From the human T2T-CHM13v2.0 reference genome, Homo sapiens, in assembly GCF_009914755.1 (NCBI RefSeq), contig NC_060936.1: DNA of 64,000 nucleotides. One strand, given 5' to 3'. A model generated the notes under the pieces. The model ran no database searches, was not told the origin of the DNA, and saw only the letters and a program-made list of their open reading frames with translations. The position numbers and the translations under genes were made by a program. Of the stretch, positions 17,453 to 38,084 are shown piece by piece (position 1 is the first letter of the stretch; every line of letters starts with the position of its first letter).

Positions 17453-18204
17453 CATCTTAATAGTTTTAATTAGTATTTCTTTCATTATGGGTTAGGTTGA
17501 ACATCTTTTCATATGTCTAACCGTTCAGATTTTTTTTCTTAATTTTTTTTTTAAGTAAGTGGTCTCTGAAGAAAAAAATGAAGGAGGTAGTAAATGAATA
17601 AATGAATGAATAAGTAAATCAATGGTCTAATTAATTTTCTGGGGCACAGGTCCTATTACTTTAACACCCCAGTGTTTCCTGTAGTCATACTGCAGATCTT
17701 GGCCGTGACATTTGCTGGAAATGTGACTGCGAACTGCTTTTTTAACTTCCTGTCTAATGTGTAGTTGGTAGTACTAATTACATCATGAAGTTCTTGTTCA
17801 GTGTGTGCACACTAAATATAAGAGATTATTTATTAAAGTAAAAGAATCATTTAAATCATTTACATCTTCATTGTATTTCCATGTGTGTATGTGTGTGTAA
17901 GTATATTTTAAGGCAGCCTTTCTGCTGGTTGATGATGATGTATATGCAGGTTAATTTCAAAGCCTATACAAATGTTTTGTGTTTTTTGTTTTTTCCAAAT
18001 CCTCTTCTAGAAACTGTAGACGTTTCCTATTGGAGAGGGGAAAGAAATTGTCTTTGAAAGAAAAAAAGTTAAGGTATATGATTTAGTGAGGTATTGTTCC
18101 ATACATGAATCATAGGAATTATTTAAATCAACAAAACATTGATGTCTGAAGTACCTGGCACTATGCTGGGCAATATGGAAACGAGGTAATGAGAAAAACA
18201 GAGT

Positions 18205-18510
18205 AGGCCGGGTGTCCTGGCTCATGCTGTAATCCCAGCACTTTGGGAGGCTGACACAAGCAGATTGCTTAAGCCCAGGAGTTTGAGACCAGCCTGGGCA
18301 ACATGACGAAACCCTGTCTGTACAAAAAAAATACAAAAATTAGCCGGGCGTGTTGGCATGTACCTGTAGACCCACCTACTCAGGAAGGTGAGGTGGAAGG
18401 ATCACTTGAGTCTGGGTGTTTGGGGCTGCAGTGAGCTGAGACTGCACTCCAGCCTGGGTGACAGAGAGAGAGAGAGAGACCCTGTCTCAAAAAAAAAAAA
18501 AAAAAAGAAA
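18205..18510 (+). mobile_element. AluJ
   Basis: GGCCGGGTG...poly-A. Confidence 0.88.
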
Positions 18511-18739
18511 AGCAGGCCTCTATACTCAGGGAACTTGTAGTCTCTGGGTTTATACAGATCTAAAGAAACTTAAATAATGAAATGTAAGTTCTTCAATAGT
18601 GACCTATGAGATTCTCTGGGTTAGGGATCAATTAAATTATAACAGGGGCTGGGAAAGGATAGTAGAAGATGAGTGGCAGGTGACTATAGAGAGAGGAAGT
18701 GATAAGGTGATGTTTGAGGTGAGCCTCTGCTTTTTTTTT

Positions 18740-20519
<1,780 letters not shown>

Positions 20520-20907
20520 GAGTGAAAAAAGGGAGCATTTAAAAAAGTGAACTGTTTAGGGAAGAGCATGTAGTTTCATATATGTAAGCGATTATTGTAG
20601 CAATTTGAAAATATTTAAAAACAAATATTTCTGATTAGTGAGCTTTGATTATCTAGAAGTTAAATATTAATGCAATTGGTGAAAAAAGTTGAGATCTCAT
20701 GTTTGTTTTGTGGTGCGCAAGATGAAGTAAGGGTCAGAAAGAATTATAGCAAAGACTCGATTGATGCATTGCAGAGCCTTGCACATTGCATATGTATATT
20801 ATTATATTACATATTTTGACTAAATTAATTCTTACAATAATTCTTTGAGTTAATTACTGTTGTTGCCCTCATTTTTTACATAAGGAACTGAGGCAAGAAC
20901 AGATTAA

Positions 20908-21375
<468 letters not shown>

Positions 21376-21930
21376 TAAGACTGGTGCTTTCTGATTTGTG
21401 TTCTGATAGCCCCTTGTTGATCTTCAGAAGGACTTCTGGGAATATGAATAAGATGATCTTAGCACTTACAAAGACAGTCTTAGTATTGCTTCGTCCAAAT
21501 AAATTTGTTCGGAAAAAGAAAAAACCAGTTCAGTAATTCTGTGTTTCAAATTTTAGAAAAGCTACTTGGCCACCAGCATATTTTTTTTTTGTTATTTGAG
21601 ATGGACTCTTGCTCTGTCACCCAGAGCAATGGTGCGATCTTGGCTCACCACAACCTCCGCCTCCCAGGTTCAAGCTATTCTCCTGCTTCATCCTCCAAGT
21701 AGCTGGGATTACAGGCATCTGCTACCACGCCCGGCTAATTTTAGTATTTTTAGTAGAGGCGTGGTTTCACCAAGTTGGCCAGGCTGGTCTCAAACTCCTG
21801 ACCTCAGGTGATCCACCTGCCTCGGCCTGCCAGAGTGCTGGGATTACAGGCGTGAGCCACCATGCCTGGCCAACATACATTAATATATAGGGTATTTCAG
21901 TGGGAGACCACATTTAAAACAGTCAATGTT

Positions 21931-22296
21931 TGTATTAGTCCGTTTTTCACACTGCTATAAAGATACTACCTGAGACTTAGTAATTTATAAACAAAAGAGG
22001 TTTAATTGACTCACAGTTCTGCATGGCTGGGGAAACCTCAGGAAAACTACAGTCATGGTGGAAGGTGAAGGGGAAGCAGTATCTCTTCTTCACAAGGTGG
22101 TGGCAGAGAGAGTGCAGGGGAACCTGCCATTTTTAAAAACCATCAGATCTTGTGAGAACTCCCACACTATGACAAGAACAGCATCGGGGAAACCGCCCCC
22201 GCCATGATCCAGTCACTTGGGAGGTTTCTCACCCAGTACATGGGGATTATAATTCAAGATGAGATTTGGATGGGGACACAGAGCCAAACCATATCA
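21931..22296 (-). mobile_element. MaLR solo LTR (THE1D-like)
   Basis: TGTATTAGTCCGTTTTTCACACTGCTATAAAGA...GGGGACACAGAGCCAAACCATATCA; TG...CA ends; 5-bp TSD-like atgtt/gtgtt. Confidence 0.9.
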
Positions 22297-25200
22297 GTGT
22301 TCAACAACCAGCTTTCCCCTCATCATTGAAATCGGTTTCTTTTTCATCAGAACACCATGTGTAGTGGCTTGAGTTCAGTGATGATATATTTATGAGTGAA
22401 AATATAAAACATATTTGAAAACTAAAACCATACTCAGCAACATGAAATGCTCATGTAAAGAGGATGGTACTAGACTATTTGAAGCAACAGCAGATTTGTC
22501 TCTGCCTCATATTCTGTGTAGGATGTTGATTAGTTGATGCCTAAAATTATTTTTTCCTTTAGCAGAGAAGAGTTTGTATTTAAGTGAAATATGTGTGATT
22601 CTATTATATTTTTCTTTAATGTAAGCACTCTTTAGTTCTAAATTTTACTTCTGTTTTTTTTTAATGATTTTTGATTGATAAATGACCAAAATCAAAGATA
22701 AAACAATTTTCTGTTAGAATTCTCATTACTGGTTTCATTTCTAGAGACTGAATCATTGATAATTAAAATAAACTTTTTTTTTTTTTTTTTTTTTTTTTGC
22801 ATGGGGGAGGTTAGAGATGGAGTCTCCCTTTTTTGCCCAGGCTAGTCTCAAACTCCTGGGCTCAAGTGATTTTCCCACCTTGGCCTCCCAGAATGTTGGA
22901 ATTGTGCGTGCACTTGGACTAAAATAAACTCTTGATGGTAACATTACTCTCTGAGTTCTAGATGCTACTAGGGCCTATTCTTTGCTGTCTGGAAGGATGC
23001 TGGGACAAAATGACTCTTAAGACTTACAACATTTCTCAATTCAGACTAGCCAAGTTTCAAATGCTTAGAAGTTACCTATATCTAATAGATGTACGTATTG
23101 AATGGTACAAAACTAACCCATTAGGGTAATTAAACACTCTCAATTCAAGTATCAAGCAATTTTGAGTATCAGGTTTTTTATCGTGACTGAGTGTCACTCT
23201 GTTGCCCAGGCTGGAGTGCAGTGGCATGATCTTGGCTCACTGCTCTGCATCCCAGGCTGAAGTGATTCTTGTGCCTCAGCTTCCTGAGTGGCTGGGTTAC
23301 AGGCTTGTGCCACCATGCCCGGCTAATTTTTTTTTCTTTTTGAGACAGAGTCTCACTTCTGCCCAGGCTGGAGTGCAGTGGCATGATCTCAGCTCACTGC
23401 AACCTCCCTGGCTAATTTTTGTATTTTTATTAGAGACAGGGTTTCACTGTGTTGGCCAGGCTGGTCTCAAACTCCTGGCTTCAAGTGATCCACCCACCTC
23501 AACCTCCCAAAGTATTGGGATTACAGGCATGAGCCACTGTGCTCGGCTCAGGTTTTAAATTAAAAGTTAAATTGGCCATTATGGAAATGCAGTTGAAAAC
23601 CACAAGATACCACTTCACACTCACTAGGATGATTTTAATAAAAAAATGGAAATAGTGTTGGCGAGAATGTGGAGCTAGCTGGTGATTATACAACATTGTG
23701 AATACACTAAATTCCACTGAATTGTACACTTTCAAATGGTTAATTTTGTGATGTGAATTTCACTTTAATGAATAATATTAATTTAAATGAAATAAAGTTA
23801 AAAATTCATTTACTCAGTTACAATAACCATATTTAAAGTGTTGAGTAGCAATATTTGGCTAGTGGTTCGTAGGTTTGCAGTGACCTTGGCAGTGGACCAG
23901 GTAGTTCTGTGGCAACGTGGTACTCTACAGAAGAGATGGCAGCTTTAAAAAGCGTTATTATTTCTTGGTACTCAAAATATGTGTGGTAAAATTTTAAATT
24001 TTAAATATAGAAATCATTAAATGCTGACTTCTCATGGTCAGAGTCTGTAGGTGAAAATTCTTGATGCAGCCTATTTGAGGACCATGCCATTCTTAGGGTT
24101 GTTGTATGAATTAAATACTAATTTCAGAGCAATGAATATGGCTAATTGCCTCTATTCAGGGTTTCCCATAGCCCTGTGCTTTAGTTAGGCCTTACTGTAC
24201 TCCTTTGAAGTTATACTGCTTTATATGTATGTTTTGCGGAACATATAGAAGCTCTTTTAGTGTAGTATCTATATCTTATTCATCTTTATCCTTCTAGCAT
24301 ATTATGTAATACTGGACATAGATAAGTATTTGAACTAAAGTCTTGAATCATTTCTACCTCTTTTTTAACTTAGTATGCACCATAGAGTAAGTAAACATTT
24401 TTCATAGAGACGCTGAGGGCCATAAGGAGCCCCCAAAATATATTTTGTATGTCAAAATAGAGTAATTATTAATGGATACCATATAAGAAGAATGTGTGAT
24501 TTTTTTTTTTATCAGCATCAGTAAACATATAACTGTTCTGCTAATATACTTAGTAATATCTATGATTTGCAAGATGCTTCTGGGAATATAAATATTCATA
24601 AATATACATCTCTGTGTTCAAAATGGAAAGTGTGAGTTGACATAGATATGCAGTGAAGTGTGAGGACAGCCTCAAGGGAGAATTAGCTCTTGTCCATTTG
24701 TGGCAGATTTAGAGAGACTTTATGAGGAAAGTTATGATTTTTACAAATAAAGGGCTGTGTTGTGATTTTAGCAGCTTACAATTGGTAGAGGTACCTCGAT
24801 TGAAGGAAAGAGCCTGAGGCATGTGATTTTTTTAAATGCTATTATCTAGATGAACTTTTACAAGATGAACCGCCTGGGGATAACAAGATGAATATATTTG
24901 GTTTTTAACATGACACATTTATATGCTTAGAGTTTGGTAAGTCAAAAACTAAGTAAATTGGTTAAATGACTAATGGAAAAGTCATTATCCATCCAACTGT
25001 GGATATTTTCTGTTTTGTTTTGTTTTAATTACCACGATTCATTTGTTAGAAGACCTGCAAATTTTTTTCCCCCAAGATATAATTAGAAATCACACACTTA
25101 TACCGCAGTTAATTTGTATATATTAATTCTGGTGCTACCTGAACATTCTGCATTCTTTGTTAAAATAGCACATCTGTCAGGTGACTCGGGTAGTTAACCT

Positions 25201-25476
25201 TTTGATTTCTTAACATTGCAAGTACAGAAGGCTAAAGAGGCAGTATTTAATGGATATTGTAGAGGGCGGCATATGACCAACACTGAGCATGTCTTTTCTA
25301 AGAGAGAGGCTAGATCTAATTGTTTAACAAATTAAAAAATTTATACAAACAAAATATAAATAAAAAAACAAAATAAAATAAAAAAAATTTATTTATTTTT
25401 AAAATATTAAATGTAGTCCGTATGGGTTTTCATTTGAAGTTTAAGAAATTTATAAGAAAGTAATTTACAAAGACAA

Positions 25477-26198
<722 letters not shown>

Positions 26199-26582
26199 AT
26201 TCAGGAATCCAGTCATTGCCAGGATATCTAATTATTTGTTGCAAAAACAGCTTAGTGCTTCTGCTATAACAATGATTAATTCAAAACCAGATTTTTCTGG
26301 GAAGAAGATCCCATTATTTTTGTATTGCATATAGTGGAAATAGCAGTAAACTGGGAGGTCGTGAAACTTGTTGCATTTTCAAGCTTTGTCTAATGTATGT
26401 CATCTTACTTGGCAACTTACTTCGTAAAGTGAAAAGACTACTAGTCCCTTATGCTTCCTTTCTGGAATTAGTTCTATTGTACTACTTATTTACTTCCGAA
26501 AATACTAGATATTCACTCATTGATATTCTTCTCGTGCCCTACACAGCATGCCTGACGTTATTTCTGTTTTATTTTCTTTTAG

Positions 26583-26769
26583 TGTGTTGTTGGTGGCTGC
26601 AATGCCAGCTTTGCTTCTCAGGGAGGGCTAGCTCGTCATGTACCCACACACTTCAGTCAGCAGAACTCCTCAAAAGTTTCTAGCCAGCCAAAGGCCAAAG
26701 AAGAATCTCCTTCTAAAGCTGGAATGAACAAAAGGAGGAAATTAAAGAACAAAAGACGACGCTCATTAC
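26583..26769 (+). CDS. AEBP2: AEBP2 coding exon (likely exon 4), third C2H2 finger and KR-rich motif
   Basis: ttttcttttag| ... TTAC|gtaagt; 187 nt; [62 protein letters not shown], in frame with previous exon. Confidence 0.97.
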
Positions 26770-27269
26770 GTAAGTGTTACACTGAGAAAATCTGGTTTTA
26801 AAAGATATCTTAGACTTTTATGCAAATCCACTTTGAACTTCAACTCCTCTTCTATTAAAAGTAACAAACAGGTAGGATGCCTGTCTGTCAGTGAGAGTGA
26901 GAATTCAGTGGCACATGTTTGTAGTAGCTAAGGGAGTATATGTGGCCTTCAAATATAAACTGTATAAAATTAGATTTGGGGGCTACTCTGATTCTCTTCC
27001 AAAATAACATTTAAAATATAGTAACATTGGTATTTCTAGAAATATTTTAGAAAATTTGAACATGTTAAAAGTAAATATCAAGTGAAAGTTAAGTAATCTA
27101 TCTACTCCAAAGTAGTGTGTGTACCTGAGCTGGGAGGTAGAGGCTGCAGTGAGCCGTGATCGCGCCACCACACTTGAACCTGGGAGACAGAGTGAGACCC
27201 TGTCTCAAAAAACCAACAACAAAAAAAACCACCACAAAGCAATGTGTGTGGATAACAAAGCAGTGTTGC

Positions 27270-29737
<2,468 letters not shown>

Positions 29738-30090
29738 GATAAAATTTATATATATACATATTTTTAATTTTTATTTATTTTTTCATTATTTTTAAAAATC
29801 TTTAAAATATATTTTTAATGCTTTTTAAATATACTTTAAAATGGAAAGAATAGTATAATAAATACTTGTATTGCTCTTCACTTAGAGATTTACCAATATG
29901 GTACATTTGTTTTATCTTCCTACCTATATACTTTTTTGGTCATGGACCCAAAATTCTTAAGATGCATCTCCTAAGAATAAAGATATTTTTCTGCATAACC
30001 ACATCATCATCATTACACCTAAGGAGAAGATAAATCATACAATATATGTAATTTTGAACCATGGGAAAATAGTTTCTATTTTTGTGGTTT

Positions 30091-30121
<31 letters not shown>

Positions 30122-32103
30122 TTTTGAGACAGAGTCTCACACTTACTGCCCGGGCTGGAGTGCAGTGGTGCGATCTTGGCTCACAGCAACCTGTAATGTT
30201 AGGTTGTCAGTTTGTGATCTTTCAACCTTTTTGCTTTGTTCTGTTTTTGTTTTTTGTTTTTTTGAGACAAGGTCTCACTTTGTTGCCGAGGCTGGAGTGC
30301 AGTGGTGCAATCTTAGCTCACAGCAACCAGTGCCTCCCAGGTGCAATCAATTCCCGTGCGTCAGCTTCTTGAGTAGCTGGGACTACCGGCACACACTACC
30401 ATGCCGGGCTAATTTTTGTATTTTTAGTAGAGATGGGGTTTTACCATGTTGGCCACCAAGTCTCAAACTCCTGGTATCAAGTGATCCGCCTCCTGCCTTG
30501 GCCTCCCAAAGTGCTGGGATTACAGGCATGAGCCGCTGTGTCCAGCACCAAAGGTTTTTGATTATATATCTTATTAGTTAAAAAAATACTGAGCACACAG
30601 TCTTAACGTATGTAATTTATACATTGTATACGGGTAATACTACTACTGCACATTATACAAAATTGCCAAGAAGGAATATTGAAAAAGAATGAGATGAAGA
30701 AATTAACAAGGGTATTCTATTCTTTACGTACTCTAATGGATCATGACACACACCTACTTTGGAACTACTGTTCTAGTTTGGTATTCTTGATAAATGCAGT
30801 GGAGATAGTGTGGTTAAGGTCTGAATGCATAGGCTGAAGATTGAGGACTCCTTTCATTATTGTGAATTTAAGTGATGGCTTCAATGTTTAAATTTGAGTG
30901 AGGAGTGGTTAATTTTAGTGATTTAGAGTGATGAGTTATTATTTTCCCCAAGTGTTTATTCTTAGGAAAAAGCATATATTTGGAGAGCTTGGAGAAAGTT
31001 ACACATTTTTTTTCGAGTAGCCACTTATCTAACAGGAAAGTGATGTATTTCTCAGAACTCTCCCTTGCTCACCCCTGCAAATGTCAAGTACTTTTTTCTT
31101 TCTGATTTCTCATTGTCACTGCCTTCTTAGTCTTTTGGCTTCTGCTCGTTTATTACTAGTTGGTGTTTTGTTTATTTTTTCTTGAGGAAATATCTAGAGA
31201 AAAGACCTGTTTGTTTAGGTATGTTCTATTTGATGTGCCAACTGGTGAAAATATTCCCCCATAAAAGCTATGGTGGATTTGTGTAGATGTTTTGAGAACT
31301 CTTTGAATAGCCATAGTGTGGGAAATCAGCATATATGTAATTCAGAATATGCTGTACCAGGGAATCAAGCCAACTCTTTTATTAGTGAAATTGAATTTTC
31401 AATTACAGATCTTGAAAAATTACATGTATTAGTAAGCTCCACAAATGTAAAATAATCAACTTATTTTGAGCAACTTTCTTATTAGGAATAAGAATAGAAT
31501 AATTTATTATAATTAGTGGGATGAAAATTGAAATTTGAAAAATGTTCTTACCAAATTAAATCTTCAGTGTATAATTTTTTTGATCACACTAAAATACTGC
31601 CTACTCTATATTTGTGAAACGTTTTATCCTTTAAAAAAAATTCCATGGTGGAACATGCCTATAGTCCTAGCTACTCAAGAGGCTGAGACAGGAGGATTAC
31701 TTGAGCCCAGAAGTTAGTTTGAGGCTACAGTGAGCCATGATCACGCCACTGGACTCTAGCACCTTGGGCAGCAGAATGAGACTGTGTCTAAAAGAAAAAG
31801 AAAAAAACCAGTTATATAAGCTGATTAATACAAATGGCCTTATGATTTATAAGGCATTTTTATATGCATTTGTTTTATTTAATTACAATTGAAAATTGTT
31901 ACAATAATTTACATTTTACAAATAATCCACAGTGTAATGCAGGTTAAGTAGTTTGCCCACAGTCACACACGTGATAACTGGTGGAGCTGATTGGCAGCTT
32001 TGGTGGACTGATCGGCGTCCAAAAATTTGTTTGTAATTTTATTAGATCATTGTTCAAATAGTTGTTCATAATCAAGAAAATACTTGTCAAAAACCTCAAA
32101 ATA

Positions 32104-32407
<304 letters not shown>

Positions 32408-32869
32408 TCAAAATAATATTATTGTATTGTCAGATTTGTACAATTTGAAATTACATGGTAACACAAAATGTTCACAAAATTTATTTTGTATGTTTGGCAA
32501 TGGTGAGTTTGAAATCCTGATATATAGATGGTGTTCCTCAGATCGCTGATAACAGACCTTATGCTGAGGCGAGATGTTGGAGTAAAAGATAACATTTTAT
32601 GAAAAATGAAGTAGCTGAGATGTGGAATCATGAGGTTTGAGGTTAGAACTTAACTCACCAAGGGTCAGAATTAACCCACATTCACTCATTTGTTGAAATA
32701 ATGCTTTTGCATATTAGTCTTCTTATCTAGAGTCCATGTTTTGTAAGCAAATAATAATCTTGAATTTAAATACTATTGATAGATATGTATTTGTTAATTG
32801 TTTCCATCTTTATTACTTATTACTGTTATGTTTTTCTAAATATTCTTTACTTTTTATGTTGACTTTTAG

Positions 32870-32994
32870 CACGGCCACATGATTTCTTCGATGCACAAAC
32901 ACTGGATGCGATAAGACATCGAGCCATATGCTTTAACCTCTCAGCTCATATAGAAAGTTTAGGGAAGGGACACAGTGTTGTTTTTCATAGTACT
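32870..32994 (+). CDS. AEBP2: AEBP2 coding exon (likely exon 5)
   Basis: gacttttag| ... ACT|gtaagt; 125 nt; (P)[41 protein letters not shown]; phase 1 in, phase 0 out. Confidence 0.97.
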
Positions 32995-33820
32995 GTAAGT
33001 ATTCTTTTATTTTTTCAAATTAAATATAAAACTTTGCAAAAAAATATTTCCACAATCATTTCTAAATCTCTCAAAATCTAAGAAAGTACAATTTAACAGA
33101 AATCACAAAACCTTTTGTTTTATCAGTATTTAAAACATTGTATTATTGGTTATAAAGCACACATTTCTTATAATTTTACATGTTTGTGATTAAACTGAAT
33201 ATGTTAGCCTTTAGTTTGAGTTACTTAGGAATAATGGGATGACACACCATACAGTGTTACTAGGCATTACTGGTCTCTGACATTAGCTAAACCAGGTGTC
33301 TTTTCTCACCTGGTTTCCTCATTTGCAAAATTAGAACATGAGACTCCTTTTACCTCTAAAAAGTTTCATTCACATTTCTGTGTACTGCATGGAGCCACCT
33401 CTTACCCCACGTACCCATCCAAAGTTTATGTTAAACAGAATATAAGATTATATTTGCTATCAGAGCTTCATGAAGGAAAGGATTTTAGTCTCTTTTGTTC
33501 CACTCATCTATCCCAAGTGCCTAGAATTTTGCCTGGCACGTGGTAGGCACTCAGTATAGTTGTTGAATGACTATGTTGTCAACAGAGAAGAAGAAAAGTA
33601 CCAAATTTGAAAAAGAATAAATACATTTTATTTTTTGGTTAATTAGGAGTTGTAATAGAGAGTTATTCTTTCTTCCATGCCTCTTCTCATTTTGTTTTTC
33701 AGTCATTTTTAAATTGGTGTAGTTTGGTGTAATTAAGTTAATAAATGTACATTGTAGATCATACTTTTGGTGATTTGAATCTCTGAAAAATATGTGTTTA
33801 ATTTAGGCTGACAAAATACA

Positions 33821-34422
<602 letters not shown>

Positions 34423-34619
34423 TATATACACTAAATTTGGGTTACTTTTATTTTTTATATTTCAATTGAAAAGTGCATGAAAATTGAAATACAAAAGGTC
34501 CTTATTGATATCAATATGTTGTTTGGTTTGAACCTCTATTTCCGTCGTCTCCTATAAAAATGAGTTTGTTTTTTTTTTTTTTTTTTTTTTTTTTGCATTT
34601 TCATGTTTTCTTCTGCGTG

Positions 34620-34850
34620 CAGTCATCCCTCTGTATTCACAGGTTCTGCGACCGTGGTTACAACCAACCACGGATTGATCATATTTGCGGGGACAAGAAC
34701 CACAATAAAAATCATACAAATTAAAAAGTACAGTGTACCAACTATTTACGTAGTATCGACTTAATTATATGGGAGGTTTTGCATAGATTATATGCAACAC
34801 CATGTTATTTTATATAAAGGCCTTTTAGAGCATCCTTGGATTTCACTATT
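34620..34850 (-). mobile_element. MER2 (TcMar-Tigger) partial
   Basis: CAGTCATCCCTCTGTATTCACAGGTTCTGCG...CAACCAACCACGGAT typical MER2 terminus; similar to 50130-50431. Confidence 0.75.
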
Positions 34851-35211
34851 CAAGGCAATTGGACATGTCCTTACTTACTTCCCAATTATATATGTTTTCC
34901 TGTTATTTGTACCTACTTTTTTTTCTTTTGAGACAGAGTCTTGCTCTGTTGCCCAGGTTGAAGTGCAGTGGCATGATCTAGGCTCACTGCAACCTCCACC
35001 CTCTAGGTTCAAGCGATCCCCCTCCCTCAGCCTCCCGAGTAGCCGGATTACAGGTGCATGCCACCAAGCCCAGCTAATTTTTGTATTTTTAGTAGAGATG
35101 GGGTTTTGCCATGTTGGCCAGGCTGGTATTGAACTCCTGACCTCAAGTGATCTGCCTGCCTTGGCCTCCCAAAGTGCTGGGATTACAGGCATGAGCCACC
35201 ATGCCCGGCCT

Positions 35212-36452
<1,241 letters not shown>

Positions 36453-37003
36453 GGTTTTTTTTTTTTTAAACATTTATTTTTATAGAGACAGGATCTTGCT
36501 GTGTTGCCCAGGCTGGTTTTGAACTCTTTGCCTCAAGCAGTCCTCCTGTCCTAGCTTCCCAAAGTGTCGAGATTACAGGTGAGCCACCACGCCCTACTGA
36601 TATCCTTTGTCTTTCTTTCCCTTTCCAAGACAGGGTCTTACTCTGTCATCCAGGCTGGAGTGCAGTGGCACAAACATGGCTCACTGTAGCCTCAATCTCC
36701 TGGGTTCAAGAGATCCTCCCACCTCAGTCTTCTGAGTAGCTGGGACCACAGGCATGAGCTACCACACCTGGCTAATTTATTTTTGGTAGAGGCAAGGTCT
36801 CACCATGTTGCCCAGGCTAACCTTGTCTTGTTTATGGACTAAATTTAAATGGAGGTGTGCTTGACATAATGTAGGTTATTAAATGTATCATTTAAATTAA
36901 TTTATGTTTTTAGTTACTGCATAACCAATGTTGTCCCCTAACTTGAATTTTTCAGATAATGAAACTAGGAACTAAAAAGGTTGTATTGTCTTTCCTATTG
37001 TGA

Positions 37004-37312
<309 letters not shown>

Positions 37313-38084
37313 ACTGACTAGTTGTGTACTTTTATTACATAGGGTTTATGGACCTTTACCCACACCCTATTCATGGATTCCAGGATGAGAACTCTTGTGG
37401 TATTTAGATTGATATGTGTGGTACTACAGGGAAGATAGATCCTGCTTGAGCCTGGCAGGAGAGCCTGGTTAGGAGCTCACCCTTTTGTTCTTCCTTGTGT
37501 TGCCAATTTATTGACAGCAAATATACCAATTAAATGGACACTATTAAATAACTTTATTTAAAAAAAGGCAGGATAGAAAATGGAGCAATAGGTATCAGTA
37601 CATTCCACTCAAGTTTTAGAATATTTAAAGGTAGAATTGTATATTTTAGAAATTAGATAAGGATATAAAGGAGAGAGTGATAGAACAAAATTTGGAGTCA
37701 AAGGCAAGAAAGTGGAAAATTAGATGCAAAGGAAAGGAGACTTTTTCTGAGATTGGAAGACACAAGAGACATGAATTTGAGGAAAGGTGTCCTTATTCTC
37801 TTTTAAATAACATAGGAAATACATTTATCTAAATAAGGATGAAAGAGTTGGCGGGTAAAATACAGGATTTGGAGACCAGAAAGAGTTAATATGGCTGCTC
37901 TGGGGACTTTGTGGGGATTCAGCAAGGTTAGAGCCTTGCTCACCGAGGCTGGTTGAAGTCCTCCTTTGAAATTTGGGAACATAGTTTTATGATATGGTAG
38001 GTCTGTAATACAGATTTTTTTTGTTTTAACAGGTCAGTAAGATGTTGTCACCATGTCCAGAGTGTGGCATCAGAGCTAGTTTGT

